In this document: piece after piece, positions 18,667 to 29,040 of the stretch | How positions within the stretch are numbered: position 1 is the stretch's first letter | Layout: every line of letters begins with the position of its first letter | IMG/VR virus record: IMGVR_UViG_3300028534_000020 | Coordinates: 23,622 to 87,621 of that record | Length of the DNA: 64,000 nucleotides | Source of the DNA: a virus | Strand: one strand, 5' to 3' | Notes under the pieces: generated by a model | What the model saw: only the letters and a program-made list of their open reading frames with translations | What the model was told of the DNA's origin: nothing | The model's database searches: none | Translations under genes and position numbers: made by a program

Positions 18667-18915
18667 TTATTTAAACGTGACTTGTGATTTTTTCAAAAAC
18701 ATAAATTGGTGATATAATTGCATATTATTTAATTCAAATTCAATTATGCCAGTCATTTGCGCAGCCTCGCCACCACCTTGTTTTGCTGTAATTGTTGTTG
18801 TAAGATTGTTATTTTTTATTTCGCGCAATGTCGCACTTACTTCTTCAAGCTGTTCTTGTAATTTTTTGCCGAGTTCAATTGCTATTTCCTCGTTTATTAT
18901 TTTTTTATTTGCCAT
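18667..18915 (-). CDS. hypothetical protein
   Basis: Packed minus-strand ORF. Confidence 0.6.
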   Translation of the reverse strand: MANKKIINEEIAIELGKKLQEQLEEVSATLREIKNNNLTTTITAKQGGGEAAQMTGIIEFELNNMQLYHQFMFLKKSQVTFK

Positions 18916-18920
18916 TTTTA

Positions 18921-19244
18921 TTAAAATTTTAAGTGTTCTACAAACATTGTTTTGTAAAAATCATCAGCGTGTTCAAAGCATTCTAATTCGCAAAACAGTG
19001 TTTTATTAGTATAAAATGTACCTATGTATTCTCTGTTTTCAGATTTAGTTTCAATCCAAAATCGAAACTCATTATTTTCGTATTCGTCTACGATAACTAT
19101 TTGCTGTTCATTTTTACATTTTTGTTCAGTAATTATTTCAAATGTAAATGAACATTCGCCTATAATCTCAAATGAGATTTCAAAGCCAAAGTCCTCAAAC
19201 ATCTTTTCAAGAACTTTGGCAATAAATTGTTCGTTAATTTGCAT
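18921..19244 (-). CDS. acidic hypothetical protein
   Basis: Start moved to MQINEQ. Confidence 0.55.
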   Translation of the reverse strand: MQINEQFIAKVLEKMFEDFGFEISFEIIGECSFTFEIITEQKCKNEQQIVIVDEYENNEFRFWIETKSENREYIGTFYTNKTLFCELECFEHADDFYKTMFVEHLKF

Positions 19245-19635
19245 ATTTAAACCAATATTTATGTTTAACAATTTTACGCTTACCAGTTGAATGATAATAA
19301 TCAGCTGAGGTTTTTATTGACTTACGTGAAATATGCAGCGTCTTAGCTGTTTTTCGTATACTTTCGAATGTATATTCAGCGCCTGTGTTTATATTTACTG
19401 CGACAACTTTTCTGCTATGTGTAAAATTGCTTTCAGGTTCAGGGCATTTTCTTGCTTGCAGATTTTTAATTTGCTCAGCTCTGTTTTTTAATAACTTATC
19501 GTTGTTATTAACGCGAGTTTGCAAAATTTCATTACGTTCTTTTTCAGCTTTTAATTTGAAATGCCGTTCAATTGCGATAATAGCAAATACGATTGCTAAA
19601 AGTGCCATTAATGCGAATGCTTGTAATTCTGTCAT
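19234..19635 (-). CDS. TM-anchored coiled-coil protein with C-terminal NUMOD1-like DNA-binding motif
   Basis: RKVVAVNINTGAEYTFESIRKTAKTLHIS. Confidence 0.6.
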   Translation of the reverse strand: MTELQAFALMALLAIVFAIIAIERHFKLKAEKERNEILQTRVNNNDKLLKNRAEQIKNLQARKCPEPESNFTHSRKVVAVNINTGAEYTFESIRKTAKTLHISRKSIKTSADYYHSTGKRKIVKHKYWFKYAN

Positions 19636-19696
19636 AGTTGTAAAATTTAATGATTAGTATATAGTTTTCATTTTTTCTTTTTGCGAAATAATTTAC

Positions 19697-19999
19697 TTAA
19701 CATATTTTTTCAGTTTTAGAACTATTTAATGTTTCAGTTAATGAATAATGCTGATTGTAATACCACTGATAATCAGCAAATTGTGGTAAGCTTTCTTTTG
19801 CTTTACACAATTCTTTAATTTGTACTGGTCCAAATTCTGCTGACTGGTCGTAAAAGTAAATACGTTTATATTGCTTGTTTATAAAATATTTACCACCGCC
19901 AATAGGTTTTGAACCATTTTTATTTGCTAAATCTCTATGGTACTCAACTTTTCCCATTCTGATTTTTCCGTCTTGGATAATAAATTTATGCTGTTTCAT
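19697..19999 (-). CDS. hypothetical protein
   Basis: Packed minus-strand ORF. Confidence 0.6.
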   Translation of the reverse strand: MKQHKFIIQDGKIRMGKVEYHRDLANKNGSKPIGGGKYFINKQYKRIYFYDQSAEFGPVQIKELCKAKESLPQFADYQWYYNQHYSLTETLNSSKTEKIC

Positions 20000-20192
20000 T
20001 TTTCTTATTTTTATTATTTATATCAATACCTTCGAGTTTTTGGTCTATTACTTTAATTTGACCATTATGCATTAACGATATTGTACTTATTATCGCGTCT
20101 TTTTCTTTTTCAGATAATAATACCTGGTATACATTGCCATCACTTCCTTTAATGATAATGGCGAGTTCTTTCATTTTTACTTCGTTGCTCAT
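19986..20192 (-). CDS. hypothetical protein
   Basis: Packed minus-strand ORF. Confidence 0.55.
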   Translation of the reverse strand: MSNEVKMKELAIIIKGSDGNVYQVLLSEKEKDAIISTISLMHNGQIKVIDQKLEGIDINNKNKKNETA

Positions 20193-20524
20193 TTTAATTG
20201 TATATAATTTTTACGTATCCACTCAATATCTACATCGTTTGGATGCTTATCAATAGCATAAAGTCCAACTGTTGTAGTTTTATAATATTCAAGTTTAGAA
20301 CAGTCCTTAAAAGCTTTAAATGAAATATGTTTCATTTCAGCGATGTTATGTTCTAAATAGAATTGCAATCCACTAATTTGCGGTGCAGTTGGCTCTTCCT
20401 TAAAACCTGCCCACATTTTGTTTCCTTGTGTGTCGCGAAAATTTGTTTTAATTAAATGTAATACAAGATTTTCACCGATTAGTACAGATATATATCTGCT
20501 GTCGTCTAAAACTTTTTTATCCAT
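20189..20524 (-). CDS. hypothetical protein
   Basis: Start moved to MDKKV. Confidence 0.55.
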   Translation of the reverse strand: MDKKVLDDSRYISVLIGENLVLHLIKTNFRDTQGNKMWAGFKEEPTAPQISGLQFYLEHNIAEMKHISFKAFKDCSKLEYYKTTTVGLYAIDKHPNDVDIEWIRKNYIQLK

Positions 20525-20795
20525 TTTGCTGTTTTTTATATTCAATATTTAACTGAGCCCAGACGTAATTTATCGCCTCGGTTTTATATTCAAAAACTTG
20601 CTCTTTTTCAAATAAATAACCTACTGCAAATTTTTCGTCTTTCATTCGAAAACCAATTAAGCCATTTTGCAAAGTGCCGTCTGGCGCTTGGTACATTATT
20701 TCGTATGTTATTGAACTAATTCTATTTGATTTTTCTAAACAGTCAAATACTTCAATAATATCCTGTTTTAATTCGTCTAATACACTTTTTATCAT
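20517..20795 (-). CDS. hypothetical protein
   Basis: Packed minus-strand ORF. Confidence 0.55.
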   Translation of the reverse strand: MIKSVLDELKQDIIEVFDCLEKSNRISSITYEIMYQAPDGTLQNGLIGFRMKDEKFAVGYLFEKEQVFEYKTEAINYVWAQLNIEYKKQQNG

Positions 20796-21181
20796 TACTT
20801 TAATATTTTATATTTAACTTTTAATATTCCTTTATCATTATTAGCGATTTTTGCAAATGCGCCTTTTGACAAATCAAATTTCCGTGTTGGATGCGGTTGT
20901 AATGGTCTTAAAACTTTACCAGTTTTATCCATTTTATAAGGGCCTCTATCGTTGATAATAACAATCACTGATTTGTTATTTTCAATATTAGTTATTTTCA
21001 CTTTAGTACCAAACTTTAATGTTGGTGATGCGGCTGTTAATTTATTCATATCGAATATTTCACCGTTTGCTGTTTTTTTGCCATTAAACCTCTCGCCATA
21101 CCAAGAAACGTATGTTTCCTGGTATGAGTTTGAGTTTGAGGTTATGAGCAAATTCAAAAATAATAGAATAATGAATTTCAT
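20795..21181 (-). CDS. RlpA-family (DPBB) lytic transglycosylase
   Basis: SWYG...TANGEIFDMNKLTAASPTL.FGT.V...INDRGPY...DLS..AF; signal-like N-terminus. Confidence 0.9.
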   Translation of the reverse strand: MKFIILLFLNLLITSNSNSYQETYVSWYGERFNGKKTANGEIFDMNKLTAASPTLKFGTKVKITNIENNKSVIVIINDRGPYKMDKTGKVLRPLQPHPTRKFDLSKGAFAKIANNDKGILKVKYKILK

Positions 21182-21186
21182 AATAT

Positions 21187-21393
21187 TTATAAATTGTTAA
21201 TAAGTTCAATATAATAAGAAACATCTTCGTCCAAAAATTCCTCTAATCTATTACGCGTTTGTTCATCTAAACATTCCATACATTCTAAATCATAACCAGC
21301 GTCTGATATAAATTCAGCTAATCTACTTGCGTCATTTTCACTATATCCGTCATCTATTAACTTATTTTTTAATTTATCGTATAAATCGTCCAT
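21187..21393 (-). CDS. small acidic protein
   Basis: Start moved to MDDLY. Confidence 0.55.
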   Translation of the reverse strand: MDDLYDKLKNKLIDDGYSENDASRLAEFISDAGYDLECMECLDEQTRNRLEEFLDEDVSYYIELINNL

Positions 21394-21394
21394 A

Positions 21395-21841
21395 TTATTT
21401 CTTTTTAATATAATTAAGCCAATACCATTCAAGAGCGTCGAGAAACGTGTCAGCTTGTTCATATTCAATCAATCGAATATTTTTTGGTATTTCGACGCCG
21501 AAATATGCATCTACTTCAAAATTTCCAGCAATAGAAGTAGTATCAATTACTTCACCTTTTTTAACGTTCCAAGCGTGTTTTAATGCGATAGGCAATCCAG
21601 GTAAATAATAACCTTCGTAATATTTTAATTTATCGTCGCTTAATAAATTTATTGCTGAGTTATAAAAACATTGCTTAACTTTATGGCGTCCATCATCAAA
21701 ATACGACTTTGACAATTGCTTATTTTGCGTCTCAAAACATTCGCCATTTTTCAATAGCCATTCATAAAAACCAGCCATTTGACTTTTTTCAGTCATTTTA
21801 GCCATATTTCGTAGATAATCTTTAATTTCTTTGCAGTTCAT
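21395..21841 (-). CDS. hypothetical protein
   Basis: CFYNS...YYEGY...HAWN pattern, unassigned. Confidence 0.65.
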   Translation of the reverse strand: MNCKEIKDYLRNMAKMTEKSQMAGFYEWLLKNGECFETQNKQLSKSYFDDGRHKVKQCFYNSAINLLSDDKLKYYEGYYLPGLPIALKHAWNVKKGEVIDTTSIAGNFEVDAYFGVEIPKNIRLIEYEQADTFLDALEWYWLNYIKKK

Positions 21842-22256
21842 TTCGTAAAAATTTTAAAAGATTATCATTTGAATTCGGAATAAAAAAAGTTATATCATTT
21901 ATTTTATTTGCTTTTAATAATGCAAATTTTTCAGATATAACTTTTTTGTCAAGAGTCGGATAGGTATCAATTATCTCGCTTTCTATTTCATCAATCGTAG
22001 TTTTATTATTGCTATACAGCCCCATTAAAAATAAGATATGCTCATTGAATGTATCAAAATATGCAAGATTTACATACCTTAATATCATCTTTTCGATATA
22101 GTCAAGAGCAATATACTCGAACTGTTGATTTTCTTTAATTTTTTTGGCAAGTTTGTGTAATTCATATTTTGTAATATGCTTACGTTTACCAAGTGCTTTT
22201 TCCACTACAAATCTTAATTGATTTACTGTGGCGAGCGGGTATTGTATTGTTGTCAT
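21822..22256 (-). CDS. hypothetical protein
   Basis: First ORF after the promoter at 22286. Confidence 0.65.
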   Translation of the reverse strand: MTTIQYPLATVNQLRFVVEKALGKRKHITKYELHKLAKKIKENQQFEYIALDYIEKMILRYVNLAYFDTFNEHILFLMGLYSNNKTTIDEIESEIIDTYPTLDKKVISEKFALLKANKINDITFFIPNSNDNLLKFLRNELQRN

Positions 22257-22284
22257 ATCGCTAACGTTTAAATTGTTTTACAGT

Positions 22285-22323
22285 ACAAATATACACTATA
22301 TATTTTTAATAGAAAAATTTTTT
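22285..22323 (-). promoter_or_regulatory. TAnnTTTG promoter cassette
   Basis: 39 bp identical to 47535-47573. Confidence 0.8.
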
Positions 22324-22324
22324 A

Positions 22325-22588
22325 TTAACTTTTTTTAATAATTTTTATGTTAAGTGAAGTATAATCAGCGTTTTGAGCGACTAAAATTTTTCGTATTTTT
22401 TTTGCAAACGCACCAAAGTATTTCTTATTTGTGTCAAGTTGAATACGCAAATATTGGTCAGAAAAGTTATTTTTATCTTGCCCCAAACTATAAAATACGT
22501 CAAATTCGCCAATATAATTTTGACGCAAATAACTTTCAACTATTTCTTTTGCTTGTTTTAATAACGATACTTTAACACTCATTTCCAT
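22325..22588 (-). CDS. hypothetical protein
   Basis: Packed minus-strand ORF. Confidence 0.55.
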   Translation of the reverse strand: MEMSVKVSLLKQAKEIVESYLRQNYIGEFDVFYSLGQDKNNFSDQYLRIQLDTNKKYFGAFAKKIRKILVAQNADYTSLNIKIIKKS

Positions 22589-22599
22589 ATCTTTCTACA

Positions 22600-24060
22600 T
22601 TAAATATACGCAAATTTCTTTTTTGCGCGCGTTATCGCAACATATAATAAATTGTATTCTTGCTCTATTTGGTGCGGTTTTACAGCTAATTTCGATGGTA
22701 TAAGTTTGGGTTCAAGTAAATATACATTATCTGTTTCAAGCCCTTTACTTTTATGTATTGTTGATAACATTATTCCATCACTTTCGTTTAGAAAAATGTC
22801 GTTTATTTTTTTTATTATTTCTCGCGTAGTACTATATTTTTCAGCAAAGAGCTTAATAATATCAGCTTTTTCAGCAAATGATATATATGTTGGGTGATTT
22901 GTGGGTTTGCGTATACCACGCTCTTTTAATTTATCATAAATTTCACCCTTTTCATTGACAAGCGCTTGAAGCATTGTATTTTTCGGGATATTTTCGTAAC
23001 GTTTTATCAATTTAACAATACCTTTGCCGATTTCAGAACCTTTGATATAAGCAATTTTTTCACGACCTAAAAGTTTAAAATAAGTTTCTACAAGCGGTTT
23101 AACATTTCTGCATAAAATAAAATCACCTTCATTTACATCGTCAAGCGAGCCATTTTCATCAACTTCGCCATCGTGCATCCAATCTGGCGATTCGATTACA
23201 TTATAAATTTTATTCGCCTCATTTACTATATTTTTCCCACATCTATAACAAACTGATAATGGTAATTCGATCGTGTTTTCTTTTTGAGCAAATTTTTGAT
23301 ATGCTTCTACGTCAGCGCTCATAAAACCATAAATACTTTGTCTTGGGTCGCCTACAGCAACAAATCTACTTTTTGCATTACTTATTTTTTCAATTATCTT
23401 TTGCTGTGCAGCGTTTAAATCTTGCGACTCATCAATAAATATTTCGTCAAACTTATACAAGTAAATATTGTCATCTTTTGCAGGCAAATAAACCATATCA
23501 ACAAAATCAATAAGAAATTTTTCACCCTCAGCGCGCCAGTTTCTGTTATACTGATAATATGCTTTTAATAGCGTTTTAGCGTCTTTTGACTCATTTCCAA
23601 TAATTTCCACATTGTAATATGAAATAATTTCATCTATGGCGCTAAAATCAGTTTCTAAACGCAATCTATATAAGTTTGTTATTTTTATAAGATTATCAAT
23701 ATATGGAAATAATTTTTGTTTATCTATTTCGAAAAAATTCTGCAATTTTATTGCAATTTTGAACATTTTACTATCGTCAAGCACGATGTTATTATCATAA
23801 TATTTGTATAATGCGCGCATACCTAACGAATGCATTGTTTGTACTTTTATATGCTTTGGGACTTTTTTACGTAATTCCTCGACAATTGATTTATTAAATG
23901 CTACGAAAATCGTTTTGCGATATATGGGCGTAAATTTTAACAACTCAAGAATAGTTGTAGTTTTACCAGAACCTGGTACTGCAGAAACAACTATATTTTT
24001 ATTTGTTGTGTTATATGTGTTAAAAATTTCTAATTGATATTTAGACGGCTTGAATTTCAT
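22600..24060 (-). CDS. UvrD/Rep-like superfamily 1 helicase
   Basis: AVPGSGKTT, DESQD, VGDPRQSIYGF, CYRCG, STIHKSKGLE, LYVAITRAK. Confidence 0.92.
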   Translation of the reverse strand: MKFKPSKYQLEIFNTYNTTNKNIVVSAVPGSGKTTTILELLKFTPIYRKTIFVAFNKSIVEELRKKVPKHIKVQTMHSLGMRALYKYYDNNIVLDDSKMFKIAIKLQNFFEIDKQKLFPYIDNLIKITNLYRLRLETDFSAIDEIISYYNVEIIGNESKDAKTLLKAYYQYNRNWRAEGEKFLIDFVDMVYLPAKDDNIYLYKFDEIFIDESQDLNAAQQKIIEKISNAKSRFVAVGDPRQSIYGFMSADVEAYQKFAQKENTIELPLSVCYRCGKNIVNEANKIYNVIESPDWMHDGEVDENGSLDDVNEGDFILCRNVKPLVETYFKLLGREKIAYIKGSEIGKGIVKLIKRYENIPKNTMLQALVNEKGEIYDKLKERGIRKPTNHPTYISFAEKADIIKLFAEKYSTTREIIKKINDIFLNESDGIMLSTIHKSKGLETDNVYLLEPKLIPSKLAVKPHQIEQEYNLLYVAITRAKKKFAYI

Positions 24061-25006
24061 TTTTTGGCGTAATTTTTAAATTATCTTTAAAGTTATTTCC
24101 ACATACTGTGTTCGAAATTCTAATTAGTGATTTAATATGTAAATCAAGAACAGAATTATAATCATCTCGGCGATAACCACCAAATAATGCTAACGTAATA
24201 GGTAAATGCTTACCTGTAAAAAATTCAATTTCGTTTACCCATTCAGAAAATACTTGTGAGCAAGCTACCCAAGTTTCTGTATTCATTTTACCAGCGCCTA
24301 AGTCGTCCCATTCGTGACTATCAGCGCCGTGAGCAAAAACAACATAATGAATATATCCACTAAAAATTGCTTGCCCTAATTTTGTAAGCATTTCATTAAA
24401 TTCATTTACATATTCCCAGTCAATTCCTCGTGGGTTAAAATTAAAACCTTCGGGTATCGCGTAATTTACAAGTGGGTTAAAATTTCTTGAGTCCTCAATA
24501 CTATTACCGAAATGACCGTCTAAATCAAGATATGCACCTCTGATTTTATACTGTTCGTATAATTTTATAGACGCGATAACTTGACCAGAAAATGTACAAA
24601 AACCCATACCACCAGTTGGGCGCGCGTGGTGCATTCCAGAAACTGGTGCAAATGTCACTGTTTGCGGATTTTTATATGCATATTTAATAGCGTTATACAA
24701 TGACGAATTTGTATACGTTACAGACTCAACTAAATTTTTAGACCAAGGCAGACCATTTGAATGATAATTTCCTCGACCAGCAAAGAAATTATTTACATAG
24801 TTTGAAGTATGCGCAATTTTAAAGTCTTGCTTTTTGAAAGGTTGAAAATCACTTATAACGTCTAATAAATCAGAATACCCTGTTTCGCGTATTCTTTTCA
24901 TTAGTAAATAAGGTTTTAATGGCGACTGTGAATACGATTTATCGCGTATCCCATCGAAACAAACTTGTTTGCGCGTATAAAACGCTTTAATTTTCCGTGT
25001 TCTCAT
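24041..25006 (-). CDS. Zn-dependent deacetylase, histone deacetylase (AcuC/AphA-like) family
   Basis: AHTSNY, GMHHA, GFC, DLDGHFGN, GAD, FGGY; start moved to MRTRK. Confidence 0.9.
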   Translation of the reverse strand: MRTRKIKAFYTRKQVCFDGIRDKSYSQSPLKPYLLMKRIRETGYSDLLDVISDFQPFKKQDFKIAHTSNYVNNFFAGRGNYHSNGLPWSKNLVESVTYTNSSLYNAIKYAYKNPQTVTFAPVSGMHHARPTGGMGFCTFSGQVIASIKLYEQYKIRGAYLDLDGHFGNSIEDSRNFNPLVNYAIPEGFNFNPRGIDWEYVNEFNEMLTKLGQAIFSGYIHYVVFAHGADSHEWDDLGAGKMNTETWVACSQVFSEWVNEIEFFTGKHLPITLALFGGYRRDDYNSVLDLHIKSLIRISNTVCGNNFKDNLKITPKNEIQAV

Positions 25007-25023
25007 AAGAATAATAATTTTAC

Positions 25024-25068
25024 TGTTTACACAGCAAATATACACAATATATTTTTAGTAGAAAAATT
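25024..25068 (-). promoter_or_regulatory. TAnnTTTG promoter cassette
   Basis: 45 bp identical to 33018-33062. Confidence 0.8.
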
Positions 25069-25355
25069 TATATATATAATGTAAACTTTTCGTCTTTATG
25101 ATAATAAAGTTTTAATATTGGTAATGTATTAACTTTTTGCATAAAAATTTGAATAAAATTAGCCAAGTGAGCATTGTGCAATAATTCTGAGTCATAAATA
25201 CTTGTTATATCGCGCCCTTCAATATAATGTTTATGCGAGTGTTCTGACGCTTCATTAAAAGTATTTATTGCAAATACACGTTCGTCAATAAATAATAATT
25301 TCATTGACGCTTCTTTAATTATTTTGTCGATTAGTTCTGTTTTATGTCGTCTCAT
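25068..25355 (-). CDS. hypothetical protein
   Basis: Packed minus-strand ORF. Confidence 0.55.
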   Translation of the reverse strand: MRRHKTELIDKIIKEASMKLLFIDERVFAINTFNEASEHSHKHYIEGRDITSIYDSELLHNAHLANFIQIFMQKVNTLPILKLYYHKDEKFTLYI

Positions 25356-25666
25356 TATTCTAAAGTTTTTTTAGCGTCTAATACTTTTTTCTTTTCAGCG
25401 ATATGCTTTTTAAAATGTTCGTGTGAACGTTTTTTCAATACTTTTGCTTTTTCTTGCGGCGATAATGACGCAAATTTACCAAATTGTGGTATACCCTTTT
25501 TAACAGCTATATATTCAAGCTCTACATCACACTCATTGCATTTAATAGTTCTACCAAATTTATCTTTGTGTCCGTTAGAAGTCACTCTAAAGCGCGATAT
25601 CGCATATTCTTTACCACATTTTGGGCATTTAAAATTATTTTGCATATTATTTATAATTTTGTTCAA
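25355..25666 (-). CDS. Zn-ribbon protein
   Basis: CPKC...CNEC with basic tail. Confidence 0.65.
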   Translation of the reverse strand: MNKIINNMQNNFKCPKCGKEYAISRFRVTSNGHKDKFGRTIKCNECDVELEYIAVKKGIPQFGKFASLSPQEKAKVLKKRSHEHFKKHIAEKKKVLDAKKTLE

Positions 25667-26177
25667 TATACCAACTTATTAATAATGCGTCAATAATTCC
25701 ATCGTGATTTTTCTTTGCACGCGGCGATTTACGCAAATCTACATTTGGAAATAAACGTTTTGCAGCTATTTCAGCCATCGCTTTTGTGTCAATTGGGCCT
25801 TTGCGTTTTTTACCATTTTTATCAATTTTACTCGGTTTGCGAATTTCTGGTATTCCTTTGAACGCTTCGCGTTGCCATACTTTTGCGTTTATTTTTCTGT
25901 ATGGTATTTTATGCGCAGCGATCAGTGCTTCTGTCGCACCACAAATAAAACCAAATGTAAACGTCGCCGACGCAGATGCGCCATAAATTGCGCGTAAGTC
26001 CTCAATACCTACCATCGCATCTTCACCAGCAAACTCATCAAGTATATCAGACATTAAATGCATATCAAACTGATTGCCAACAAGAGGCATAACCATTGTT
26101 TGTATATCGTTCTTTTCTAAATCGCGAATAACTATTGCGCCATTTTTACCCAAATCAATTCCTATTGCATATCTCAT
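25647..26177 (-). CDS. RuvC-like Holliday junction resolvase
   Basis: IGIDLGKNG, GIED, HDGIIDALL. Confidence 0.85.
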   Translation of the reverse strand: MRYAIGIDLGKNGAIVIRDLEKNDIQTMVMPLVGNQFDMHLMSDILDEFAGEDAMVGIEDLRAIYGASASATFTFGFICGATEALIAAHKIPYRKINAKVWQREAFKGIPEIRKPSKIDKNGKKRKGPIDTKAMAEIAAKRLFPNVDLRKSPRAKKNHDGIIDALLISWYIEQNYK

Positions 26178-28057
26178 TGTAATAATTTTGAAATTCCATT
26201 TTCTTTTCTTACTGTAATTACATTTTCGAAATTGCTAAAATTATTTGCGTGTGTAATTACACATATTGTTTTATCAAGTGCGTCGAGTTTTGTTAATATT
26301 TCTTGAACACCAACAGGGTCAACTGACTCGATTATTTCATCAAGAATAAGTAAATCAAGACCACCTGATTTAGCGTTTATATTGATTAAATTTTGCAATG
26401 CTAATATATTACATATATCAATACGAACTTTTTCACCAGAGCTAAATTTTCCGATAGCCCCTTTAATCATTCCATTTCGCAAAACATTTACTGTAATTTT
26501 ATCGCGAATTGTTTTATTGTCTGCAAGTAATTTATGCCCATCTAATTTAATTGCTAAATTAGTGCGTATTCTTGACAAATATAAATTTGTATATGACTCA
26601 ATTGCTTTAATTGATTTATTTGATAAATATGTTTTAAATTTTTTGAATTTTACATTTATACCAATTAAATCAGCTTTTTGCTGTTCATATTTATCAAGTT
26701 CTTTATCAAGCTTTTTCAAATCTGCATTTATTTTGCTAATTGATTTTCTAATTTTAACTGTTTTATCAACAAACTCTTCGTTTTCAATTATTTCGATTTG
26801 TTTTTTAAGCTGTATAATATTAGCGTCAGTTTGGTCGAAGTCAAATTTAATACGTTTGATTTTATAATTAAGATTTGTTAATTCTTGTTCAAGCGTATTT
26901 TTTTGTTTTTCTATTGCTTTAATTTGCTGCTCTACAATCTCTCTGTCTTTTTTAACAGTATTATACAGTTCAAGTTTTTCTTTAATTTCTTTATCAGCTT
27001 CAAGTTTTTCTGCTTGCAATTCTTTAATTTGAATTTGCGCTTGTTTTACGTCAAAACTTGGGTCAGAAACAATAAATTCGTGTTTACATTTTGGGCATTG
27101 AACTTTACCAGCTAAATTCTTTTTAATACCTTGAATAAGTAATTCGTATTCATTTGATATATCGCGTAATTCTTTTCCAACATTTTGAATTTGCTCGAGT
27201 GTTAAATCAGTTTCCTGTAATAGTTGTTTATATTCAGAAATATCATCAATTTGTTGTATTTTCTTTTGAGTTTCAGTTCTTAAATCAAGTGCTTTTTGAT
27301 AATCTTGCTCAAGAATTTCAAGACGCTCAGTATGTGATTTTATTTGCGCTTCAATTGTTTTTATTCTACGCGCTTGATTTTCAATAAATTCAGCTTTAGT
27401 CATTACACTATCAAGCTGTTCCTCATACGCGATAAGCGAACCTTGCAATAATTGCTTTTCGTTATTTACAGTTTGAATTTTCGCGTCGATAATTTCAATA
27501 TCGGTATTTACAAGAATATCTACGCCTTCAATTAAATTTGAATTTGAAAATCGCGAAATTGTTTCTTTCTTTTTACTGTCAGTAGATAATAAAAATGATT
27601 GATATTTTTCTTTTGAAATTATAAAGTAATTGATTAAATCGTCGCGCGAAATACCAAGTATATTAAGAATTTCCTTATTATACTCGTTAACACCAGATTT
27701 TTTTATTTGCTCATCATTCACAAATAATTCTACTTGCTGCGATTTTTTAAGCTTGTAAGAGCGCTTAATTAAAAGTGTTTGATTAGTACTTTTATTTTCC
27801 AAATAAAATTCAGTAGAAAGCTCATTTTCGCCTTCTAATATCATTTCAGGCACTCTTACATCTTTTCGTATTAAATCACCTGTAAAATTAAAAGCGACAG
27901 CTTCAATAATTGCAGATTTTCCAGAACCATTTGAGTCTTGAAAATCATCGTCAAGATTTTCACCTTGTATCAATAAAACTTTTCCGTTCAGAAATTCAAA
28001 AGTCGTATCTTTATGACTTATGAAATTTGTTATCTGTAATTTTTTTGGTACCCACAT
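26174..28057 (-). CDS. SbcC/Rad50-like SMC ATPase (recombination nuclease subunit)
   Basis: Walker A NGSGKS, coiled coil with CPKC hook, FSSGE signature, ILDE. Confidence 0.9.
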   Translation of the reverse strand: MWVPKKLQITNFISHKDTTFEFLNGKVLLIQGENLDDDFQDSNGSGKSAIIEAVAFNFTGDLIRKDVRVPEMILEGENELSTEFYLENKSTNQTLLIKRSYKLKKSQQVELFVNDEQIKKSGVNEYNKEILNILGISRDDLINYFIISKEKYQSFLLSTDSKKKETISRFSNSNLIEGVDILVNTDIEIIDAKIQTVNNEKQLLQGSLIAYEEQLDSVMTKAEFIENQARRIKTIEAQIKSHTERLEILEQDYQKALDLRTETQKKIQQIDDISEYKQLLQETDLTLEQIQNVGKELRDISNEYELLIQGIKKNLAGKVQCPKCKHEFIVSDPSFDVKQAQIQIKELQAEKLEADKEIKEKLELYNTVKKDREIVEQQIKAIEKQKNTLEQELTNLNYKIKRIKFDFDQTDANIIQLKKQIEIIENEEFVDKTVKIRKSISKINADLKKLDKELDKYEQQKADLIGINVKFKKFKTYLSNKSIKAIESYTNLYLSRIRTNLAIKLDGHKLLADNKTIRDKITVNVLRNGMIKGAIGKFSSGEKVRIDICNILALQNLININAKSGGLDLLILDEIIESVDPVGVQEILTKLDALDKTICVITHANNFSNFENVITVRKENGISKLLQ

Positions 28058-29040
28058 TATAAATTTTCTTTTATAATTATTTCAAGTTCGTCCATTAAAT
28101 CTGGATTGTCGAGTAAAGTTTGAACGACATTATCTCTACCTTGCCCAAGTCTTGTGTCTTGATAACTATACCAAGAACCACTTTTTTTAACAATATCCAT
28201 CGCGACAGCAAAGTCCAATATTTCACCAGCTTTTGAAATTCCCTTACCATATACAATATCAAATTCAGCTGTTCGAAATGGTGGAGCCAATTTATTTTTG
28301 ACGACTTTAACTCTTGTTTTATTTGCTATCGCGTCGCCATCAGCATCTTTAATAGCAGTAGAGCGTCTTACATCAATTCTAATTGAAGCATAAAATTTTA
28401 ATGCATTACCACCAGTAGTCGTTTCAGGATTGCCAAACATAACACCAATTTTTGAGCGTAATTGATTGATAAATATTACAGTCACACTTTGCTTTGAAAT
28501 TGCGCTTGTAATTTTTCGCATAGCTTGAGACATTAACCTCGCGTGCAGTCCCATTTTACTATCACCCATTTCGCCTTCAATTTCTGCTTTTGGCGTTAAT
28601 GCTGCGACACTGTCTACAACAATAATATCAAGTTCGCCTGACCTTACAAGCATATCAAGAATTTCAAGTGCTTGTTCGCCATAATCTGGCTGAGATATAA
28701 CGAGATTATGCCAATCAACGCCTAAATTTTGTGCATAAGTTTTATCAAATGCGTGTTCAGCATCAATAAACGCTGCAATACCACCTTGTTTTTGCGCTTC
28801 GGCAATTGCGTGTAATGCGAGTGTTGTTTTACCAGATGATTCTGGCCCATAAATCTCGACAATACGTCCAGATGGATAACCACCTATGCCTAACGCAATA
28901 TCGAGACCTAACGAACCAGATGGTACAACATTTACATTTGTTTCAGGTTTTTCGTCCATACGCATTACAGCGCCATTCCCATATACTTTGTTTATTTTCG
29001 ACAGAATATTATCTAATCCTTTACTTTTCTTTTCTTTCAT
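28057..29040 (-). CDS. recA: RecA recombinase
   Basis: [36 protein letters not shown]. Confidence 0.97.
   Translation of the reverse strand: MKEKKSKGLDNILSKINKVYGNGAVMRMDEKPETNVNVVPSGSLGLDIALGIGGYPSGRIVEIYGPESSGKTTLALHAIAEAQKQGGIAAFIDAEHAFDKTYAQNLGVDWHNLVISQPDYGEQALEILDMLVRSGELDIIVVDSVAALTPKAEIEGEMGDSKMGLHARLMSQAMRKITSAISKQSVTVIFINQLRSKIGVMFGNPETTTGGNALKFYASIRIDVRRSTAIKDADGDAIANKTRVKVVKNKLAPPFRTAEFDIVYGKGISKAGEILDFAVAMDIVKKSGSWYSYQDTRLGQGRDNVVQTLLDNPDLMDELEIIIKENL

Noticed and set aside
11116-22375. Recurrent ATAATCAGC(G) motif
   Set aside because: Most copies are inside genes and read as Ala-Asp-Tyr codons on the minus strand.
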